NCBI GenBank assembly: GCA_034189385.1
Contig: JAXHVD010000001.1
Location: 128,001-192,000, forward strand
DNA: 64,000 bases
DNA from: Thermodesulfobacteriota bacterium
GTDB taxonomy: Bacteria; Desulfobacterota; Desulfobacteria; Desulfobacterales; C00003060
Direction: 5' to 3'
Shown: positions 58,322-64,000 of the stretch, one piece after another
How positions within the stretch are numbered: position 1 is the first letter of the stretch
How the letters are laid out: every line of letters begins with the position of its first letter
Notes under the pieces: generated by a model
What the model was told of the DNA's origin: nothing
What the model saw: only the letters and a program-made list of their open reading frames with translations
Database searches by the model: none
Position numbers and translations under genes: made by a program

Positions 58322-59392
58322 ATGGAGCTGAAGATCGAAGAGGTTAAGACACGCAAGGAACTACCTGACGATTCCAAGTTGGGATTTGGGCAGATTTTCA
58401 CCGATCACATGTTCAACATGGACTACACACCAGAATCTGGGTGGCATCATGCCCGCATTGAACCATATGGTCCTATTGTCATGGATCCTGCCACCATGGT
58501 CTTGCATTACGGGCAGGCCATTTTCGAGGGGCTAAAGGCATATCGGTCCTCTGATGGTAACATCCAGCTTTTTCGACCGGATGAAAACGTGGCAAGGCTG
58601 AATCGATCTGCAAGGCTTGTGTGCATTCCAGAAGTCGAAGAGACTTTTACGCTCAATGCCATAAAGAAACTCGTCGCCATTGAAAAGGACTGGGTTCCGA
58701 GGGCACCGGAAACCTCTTTGTACATCCGTCCCACCATCGTGGCCATGGACCCTTACCTTGGCGTTCGGCCTTCTCACACCTATCGTTTTTTTGTGATTTT
58801 GTCTCCCGTGGGTGCCTATTATCCTGAAGGGTTCAACCCTGTGAAGATATGGGTGACGGACAAATACGTTCGGGCTGTTCGCGGCGGCTTGGGAGAAGCC
58901 AAGACACCGGCCAATTATGCTGCCAGCCTTTATGGCGCAGAGGTGGCCAAGAAGGCCGGATACACCCAGGTCCTGTGGCTCGATGCCGTTGAACAGCAGT
59001 ACATCGAAGAGGTGGGCACCATGAATATCTTCTTTGTCATCGCAGATCAGCTGATAACCCCTGCCCTTGGAGGGAGCATCCTGGCTGGGATTACGCGGGA
59101 CTCTGTTCTTGCTCTCGCTAGACATTGGAACATCTCAGTGGTTGAGCGATCGATCTCCATAGGTGAAGTCATGGAGGCCCACAAGAAAGGGACGCTGCAA
59201 GAGATATTTGGCTCTGGAACGGCTGCCGTTATTTCTCCGGTGAGTCATCTGGCTTGGGAAGACACGGTGATCACTGTGGGAGATGGTGGGGTCGGACCCA
59301 TGGCCCACAAGTTGTACGATGCTATTACCGACATACAGTACGGTCGCGCAGAAGATCCTTTCGGTTGGGTTGTCCCCCTGGGAGAGGAATAG
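58322..59392 (+). CDS. ilvE: Branched-chain amino acid aminotransferase
   Basis: GFGQIFTDHM, LHYGQAIFEGLKAY, LYIRP, AKTPANYA, EEVGTMN. Confidence 0.95.
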   Translation: MELKIEEVKTRKELPDDSKLGFGQIFTDHMFNMDYTPESGWHHARIEPYGPIVMDPATMVLHYGQAIFEGLKAYRSSDGNIQLFRPDENVARLNRSARLVCIPEVEETFTLNAIKKLVAIEKDWVPRAPETSLYIRPTIVAMDPYLGVRPSHTYRFFVILSPVGAYYPEGFNPVKIWVTDKYVRAVRGGLGEAKTPANYAASLYGAEVAKKAGYTQVLWLDAVEQQYIEEVGTMNIFFVIADQLITPALGGSILAGITRDSVLALARHWNISVVERSISIGEVMEAHKKGTLQEIFGSGTAAVISPVSHLAWEDTVITVGDGGVGPMAHKLYDAITDIQYGRAEDPFGWVVPLGEE

Positions 59393-59396
59393 GAGA

Positions 59397-60044
59397 ATGA
59401 TTGTCAAACAGTTGACAGTCGGCTTTATGGAGGTGTTTTGCTATATCCTGGGGTGCGAAGAGACACAAAAGGCCCTGTTGATAGATCCGGCCGGGGACGA
59501 AGAGCGCGTCATCGACACTGCCCGCGGGCTTGGCCTCACCATAGAATCGGTGGTCAACACCCACGGTCACCCCGATCACACCTGTGGTAACGCAAAGGTA
59601 AAAGATCTTACGGGAGCCAAGATCTATATGCACGCCCTGGACGACCGGCTATTCAATACGCCTGAAGGTCAATCTATGGCTAGACAGATGGGATTTGCCA
59701 TATCGCCCCCAGCAGATGTGCATGTGGACGATGGGGAAGTGATCGCCTTCGGCAACAGCGAGTTGGCTGTGCTCCATACTCCGGGACATAGCCCTGGCGG
59801 GGTCTGCCTCTATGGGGAGAACAACCTCTTTACGGGGGATACCCTTTTTGTGGGGGCCGTGGGAAGGACCGATTTGCCGGGAGGGTCCTTGGATACAATG
59901 CTCAAGTCCATCAAGGAGAAGATACTCCCCCTCCCAGATGATACGATCATCTGGCCGGGCCACAACTACGGGGCTAGTCCCACGTCTACAGTCGGACTGG
60001 AGAAACAACACAACCCCTATATCACTGATTTTAGTCTCGTGTAA
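59397..60044 (+). CDS. MBL-fold metallo-hydrolase (glyoxalase II-like)
   Basis: THGHPDH, HTPGHSPG, GDTLF, PGH. Confidence 0.92.
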   Translation: MIVKQLTVGFMEVFCYILGCEETQKALLIDPAGDEERVIDTARGLGLTIESVVNTHGHPDHTCGNAKVKDLTGAKIYMHALDDRLFNTPEGQSMARQMGFAISPPADVHVDDGEVIAFGNSELAVLHTPGHSPGGVCLYGENNLFTGDTLFVGAVGRTDLPGGSLDTMLKSIKEKILPLPDDTIIWPGHNYGASPTSTVGLEKQHNPYITDFSLV

Positions 60045-60078
60045 TAAGATCAGGCCCAGGGAAGCCTGAAAGAACAAT

Positions 60079-60615
60079 ATGGTCAACGACTTTGAACCAA
60101 AGCAGTTTCTAGCGAGCTTCTTTGGCACGGCCAAGGCTGTCTTGTTATCTCCCCGGCCCTTTTATGAGGGCATGAAGACCCAAGGGGGCTTTGGGAATCC
60201 TTTCGTGTTCTTGGTATGCTGTATAGCGGTTCACTCCCTGCTCGCCGGATTGGTCCTAAATAACGCAGCGTTCATAGCCCGCAATCTAGTCTTAGGCATT
60301 GCCATGCCTTTTGTGACGTCTGGACTTTTCTTGTTTTTCCTCATCCATTTTTTCAAGGCCTCAGGAACCTATGAAGCAGCCTTCAGGGTAAACGCCTATG
60401 CAGGGGCCATATCGCTCCTGTCCTGGGTTCCAGTGGTTGGCCTCATCCTTGAGTTCTATAGGATATACTTACTCGTCGTCGGGCTAAGTGCCGCTTTTTC
60501 CGTGAAGGTTTCGCGGTCCTTTTTGACTGTCTTGATGACGCTGTTTACATATATGGTTTTGGGTGCTGCCATATTCCATATCACAGGAGGCCGATGGCCC
60601 GGGGCACCGTCTTGA
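60079..60615 (+). CDS. YIP1-family membrane protein
   Basis: VLLSP..FY..M, YEAAFRVNAYA, several TM helices. Confidence 0.75.
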   Translation: MVNDFEPKQFLASFFGTAKAVLLSPRPFYEGMKTQGGFGNPFVFLVCCIAVHSLLAGLVLNNAAFIARNLVLGIAMPFVTSGLFLFFLIHFFKASGTYEAAFRVNAYAGAISLLSWVPVVGLILEFYRIYLLVVGLSAAFSVKVSRSFLTVLMTLFTYMVLGAAIFHITGGRWPGAPS

Positions 60616-60712
60616 GACGGTGAGCCTCTGGGAGGAAAGGGCAAGGATGTAAGACGTTACATCGTGGCCACGAAGATCGCCTCATGAAGCTCGGCAATAG
60701 GAAGTAAAGCAG

Positions 60713-62296
60713 ATGGGAAAAGACAGCGACAAGATCAGGAAAATGGAAAAAAATGTGCGGGACAGTGAGGCGCAATATCGAAGGCTCGTTGAAATCGTCG
60801 ATGACGGTATTATTATTGTTCAAGACGGCATAGTCGTGAAGAGCAATACCCATTTCGCAGCGATGTGCGGCCAAAGCGTTGATGAGGTCCTTGGATCGAT
60901 CTTTGATGACCTTTTCCCTTCTCCAGATAGTGGTCGTCCACGAGGCCTTAAGAAAAGCAGTCATGAAAGAGGGGATGTCTCGCGGTTCTGTGAAGGCAGC
61001 ATGCAGCATAAGAACGGTCACAGATTTCAAGTGCACATCAATTCGGGCCCGATCTCCTATCATGATAGGCCGGCGGATCTCATGGCCGTGCGAAATATAT
61101 CTCGTGAAATAAAGATGGAAAAGGAACTTGAAAAGGCCAAGCAGCTTGAGTCCATTGCCGCCCTTTCTGGCGGCATTGCCCACGACTATAATAATTTACT
61201 CACTGCCATCATCGGGAATATCTCACTGGCACAGTCGTGTTTTGAACCTGGCGACGAGGCTTTCAATATGCTCCATGAGGCCTATGAAGCGTCCATGCTG
61301 GCAAAGGACTTGACCCAGAAGCTGATCACCTTTTCCAGGGGTGGTGCGCCGGCCACTAAAACCGTTGCTATTTCTCCATTACTCAGGAGTGTCACTGAGT
61401 TCACCTTGAGTGGTTCCAACATCAAGTATAAGTTCTCGTTCCAGGGCGGGCTTTGGCCGGTACAGATTGATCCAAACCAGATTGGTCAAGCGATACACAA
61501 TCTGGTTGTCAACTCAAAAGACGCTATGCCCGAAGGAGGTTTGATTACGGTCGGTGCTGAAAACATGAATGTTGCTGAAGAAAGCTCGAACCTGAAAGCG
61601 GGAAGGTATGTGAAGATATCCATTGAGGATGAGGGGATAGGTATACCTGAGAAGGATTTGGAGGTCATCTTTGATCCCTATTTTTCAAGCAAAGAGATAG
61701 GAACAGAGAAAGGTACGGGACTGGGGCTTTCCATTTGCCATTCCATCATCAAGAATCACGGCGGAGATGTCTTGGTAGAATCACAAGAGGGAATCGGGAC
61801 TGTTTTTCATGTTTATGTCCCTGCGTCGGAGGGAGAAGTCATTGAGGAGAAGCCTTCAATTGAGGAGCCGCTGGGTGCAGAACCTATTTTGGGAAAGGGA
61901 AGGATTCTCGTCATGGATGATGAAAGGAGAATACGAGAACTTGCCAGCAAGATGATGAATCGCTTGGGCTATGATGTCGTATTCTCGCGAGATGGTGCTG
62001 AAGCCGTTGAGATGTACAAAAAAGCAATGGACTCAGGTCAGCCGTTTGATGCAGTCATTTTGGATTTGACCATTCGAGGCGGCATGGGCGGCAAAGAGGC
62101 CATCAAGAGACTGATCAAAATCGACCCGCATGTCAAAGGGATTGTGTCAAGCGGTTATTCCGACGATCCTGTGATGGCTAATTACAGAAAATACGGCTTC
62201 AGTGGTGTTGTTGCCAAACCGTACAGTATTGTTGAAATAAGTCACAATCTAAGTAGGGTGTTGACCGATTCTGGATCAAGTGCCGAGAAGAGGTAA
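60713..62296 (+). CDS. Cytoplasmic PAS-domain hybrid histidine kinase/response regulator
   Basis: PAS domain, GGIAHDYNNLL, NLVVNSKDAM, GTGLGL, receiver ILVMDDE..ILDLT..KP. Confidence 0.93.
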   Translation: MGKDSDKIRKMEKNVRDSEAQYRRLVEIVDDGIIIVQDGIVVKSNTHFAAMCGQSVDEVLGSIFDDLFPSPDSGRPRGLKKSSHERGDVSRFCEGSMQHKNGHRFQVHINSGPISYHDRPADLMAVRNISREIKMEKELEKAKQLESIAALSGGIAHDYNNLLTAIIGNISLAQSCFEPGDEAFNMLHEAYEASMLAKDLTQKLITFSRGGAPATKTVAISPLLRSVTEFTLSGSNIKYKFSFQGGLWPVQIDPNQIGQAIHNLVVNSKDAMPEGGLITVGAENMNVAEESSNLKAGRYVKISIEDEGIGIPEKDLEVIFDPYFSSKEIGTEKGTGLGLSICHSIIKNHGGDVLVESQEGIGTVFHVYVPASEGEVIEEKPSIEEPLGAEPILGKGRILVMDDERRIRELASKMMNRLGYDVVFSRDGAEAVEMYKKAMDSGQPFDAVILDLTIRGGMGGKEAIKRLIKIDPHVKGIVSSGYSDDPVMANYRKYGFSGVVAKPYSIVEISHNLSRVLTDSGSSAEKR

Positions 62297-62335
62297 TGGC
62301 TTGGGTTGAAGGTGCGGGCCCATGGATCCTTACTG

Positions 62336-62366
62336 CCTTGACATCTTCCCGGTGTCAAGGTAGCGT
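62336..62366 (+). promoter_or_regulatory. Promoter overlapped by an inverted repeat
   Basis: CCTTGACA-N9-TGTCAAGG; TTGACA-N17-TAGCGT. Confidence 0.55.
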
Positions 62367-62447
62367 GACATTTCCGCTGCAGGTTATGCAGATAGGGCTA
62401 TGTCATGTGAAAGGCTGCATCGAAGCCACAAGAGGTTCTAGCGTGCC

Positions 62448-62690
62448 ATGGACAAAAAGCAGTTCATAACGGCCTATAAACAGGAATACCGAACCATCTT
62501 GGCGGTGCTACAAAAGGTGGGAATAGACTACATCAACAGTGGTCATCTGAAGGGCGACCCCTTAGAACACCTTGAGTACGTACTCAATTCTGTTCGAGAC
62601 TCTTGCGAAAAGACCATATGTGTCGTGTGCGAGAAACAGAGAGAAGAAGAGAAGAAGGATCAGAAGAACAGGTTGAAAATCATCAAGTGA
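62448..62690 (+). CDS. Small hypothetical protein
   Basis: AGAGG RBS, helical, C...C..C, ends RLKIIK. Confidence 0.65.
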   Translation: MDKKQFITAYKQEYRTILAVLQKVGIDYINSGHLKGDPLEHLEYVLNSVRDSCEKTICVVCEKQREEEKKDQKNRLKIIK

Positions 62691-62775
62691 CTTCATGATT
62701 TCAAGGAGGGTGGGCCCCTGTCCTGCCCAGAACCCCCAGTATCATTTACAGTCTTATGCACGACTGGAAACACAA

Positions 62776-63930
62776 ATGGGCAGATTCAGATCAGCCGTAT
62801 TCTTTCTCTCCTACTTCCTTCATTTTTTCACCTTTTGGATGGTACTGGCCTACTTACCTCTTCTCCTGGCATCCTACGGCATTGCAGACCAGCAGATAGG
62901 TTTTGCCATTGGCCTCAATTCCCTTTCGAGCATCCTCTTAGTCCTTCCCTTTGGTGTGTTGTCGGATTACTTCTCTCCGAAGAGGACACTGACCTTCGGC
63001 GCTGTCTGTTACAGTGCCTATTTTTTGCTCCTTCTCACCTTAAAAGATTTCGTCAGCATTTGCCTTGTGCTTGTCATCGGTGGTGTGGGAGCAGCGGCAG
63101 TGAGGGTGATTTTGACATCTCTATACCTCAAGCTCATGGGCGGGACAGGGCGGGGGAAGAAGGTGGCTTTCCTGCAGCTGGGTGGATACCTGGGTTTCGG
63201 ATTGGGGCCTCTCGTGGGGGGGTATGTTTACGAAACCTTTGGTGCAGGTCTCATGATAAAGGGGGCATGGGGTTTGTCGATTGTCATCATCGTGCTTACG
63301 CAGCTCCTGAAAGATCCCCCACCTGTGGTTTTCAGCTTCAGAGATTACAGGCGAGACATCAAAGAGCCGAATGTCCTGTTCTTGGTGGCCGTCGTCTTTG
63401 TGCTTGGCACCCACTTCGGGGCAGAACAGACGAGTATTAGCCTCCTGATGAAGGACATCATCGGTTTGACCAAGAGGCAAATCGGAGTCATATTTTTTGT
63501 TTTGGGGGCCTGGATGGCTCTTCTTGTTCCCTTTGCTGGCAGGCTCATGGACAAAAGGCACAGCGTGTTTCTCTTCCTTCTGGTAGGGCTTTTGATTTCT
63601 AGTTGTTTTCAGTTCATCACGGCCTTCACCCACACGTTTTACAGCCTCCTGATCGTGAGGGTGATCCACACCATGGGTGATACCTTGGCCATCTTGGAAT
63701 CTGATGTGCTGACCGCCCAATTCTTTCCGGCTGGGAGACTGGGGGGAAATTCTGGCCTGATCTTCTGTGTCAGGACATCGGCCATCTTCCTGTTTGCCGC
63801 TTTTTCGGGATGGCTCAACCAGGGATGGGGTTACAAAATGCCTTTTATTATAAATGGAATTATGGTATTCGCATTCACCCTGACAGCCCTGTTATACCGC
63901 GACAAAGCGGTTCAACTGAGGGCCAGGTAA
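62776..63930 (+). CDS. MFS transporter
   Basis: About 12 TM segments; GVLSDYFSPK and AGRLMDKR motif-A-like loops; GPLVGG. Confidence 0.9.
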   Translation: MGRFRSAVFFLSYFLHFFTFWMVLAYLPLLLASYGIADQQIGFAIGLNSLSSILLVLPFGVLSDYFSPKRTLTFGAVCYSAYFLLLLTLKDFVSICLVLVIGGVGAAAVRVILTSLYLKLMGGTGRGKKVAFLQLGGYLGFGLGPLVGGYVYETFGAGLMIKGAWGLSIVIIVLTQLLKDPPPVVFSFRDYRRDIKEPNVLFLVAVVFVLGTHFGAEQTSISLLMKDIIGLTKRQIGVIFFVLGAWMALLVPFAGRLMDKRHSVFLFLLVGLLISSCFQFITAFTHTFYSLLIVRVIHTMGDTLAILESDVLTAQFFPAGRLGGNSGLIFCVRTSAIFLFAAFSGWLNQGWGYKMPFIINGIMVFAFTLTALLYRDKAVQLRAR

Positions 63931-64000
63931 AGGGCCCTTATGCCCGGAGGCGATGCAAAGGAAAGGTCATGACAGATAAGCAATGGTTGGTTTTGGCTAC

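Noticed and set aside
1..64000. CRISPR arrays, tRNA/rRNA genes, selenoprotein read-through, retron, DGR or prophage genes
   Set aside because: No regularly spaced repeats, tRNA T-loop structures, TGA-interrupted conserved genes, reverse transcriptase or integrase were seen by eye; a tool-based scan could still find short features.

Overview
Core-genome segment of a sulfate-reducing Desulfobacterota bacterium (taxonomy inferred from gene content). The centre is the dissimilatory sulfate-reduction block aprBA-qmoABC (+) with a convergent sat (-). To its left (1-13 kb) lies a cluster of mostly uncharacterised genes: three paralogous YkgJ/CxxCxxCC Cys-cluster proteins, a zinc-ribbon protein, a degenerate HsdR_N-fold protein, a radical SAM enzyme, a nucleoside/tRNA deaminase, a dGTPase, an atypical SDR and an NMT1/THI5-type ABC transporter. 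The binding-protein gene of that transporter has its own promoter with tandem NrdR-like boxes and a ~550-nt structured leader containing a terminator. The right part holds housekeeping genes (rimO, etfBA, birA, dnaJ-like, hpt, serS, thrC, ilvE, IHF, gmhB, rlpA, larB), a minor type IV pilin cluster, a stand-alone MshEN protein, an orphan ParA preceded by a perfect 34-bp palindrome, a TMTC-like glycosyltransferase and methylmalonyl-CoA pathway genes. Five intergenic palindromic/MITE-like elements are visible, some nested. I saw no rRNA, tRNA, CRISPR array, transposase or prophage. All calls come from reading motifs by eye; no database search was run.
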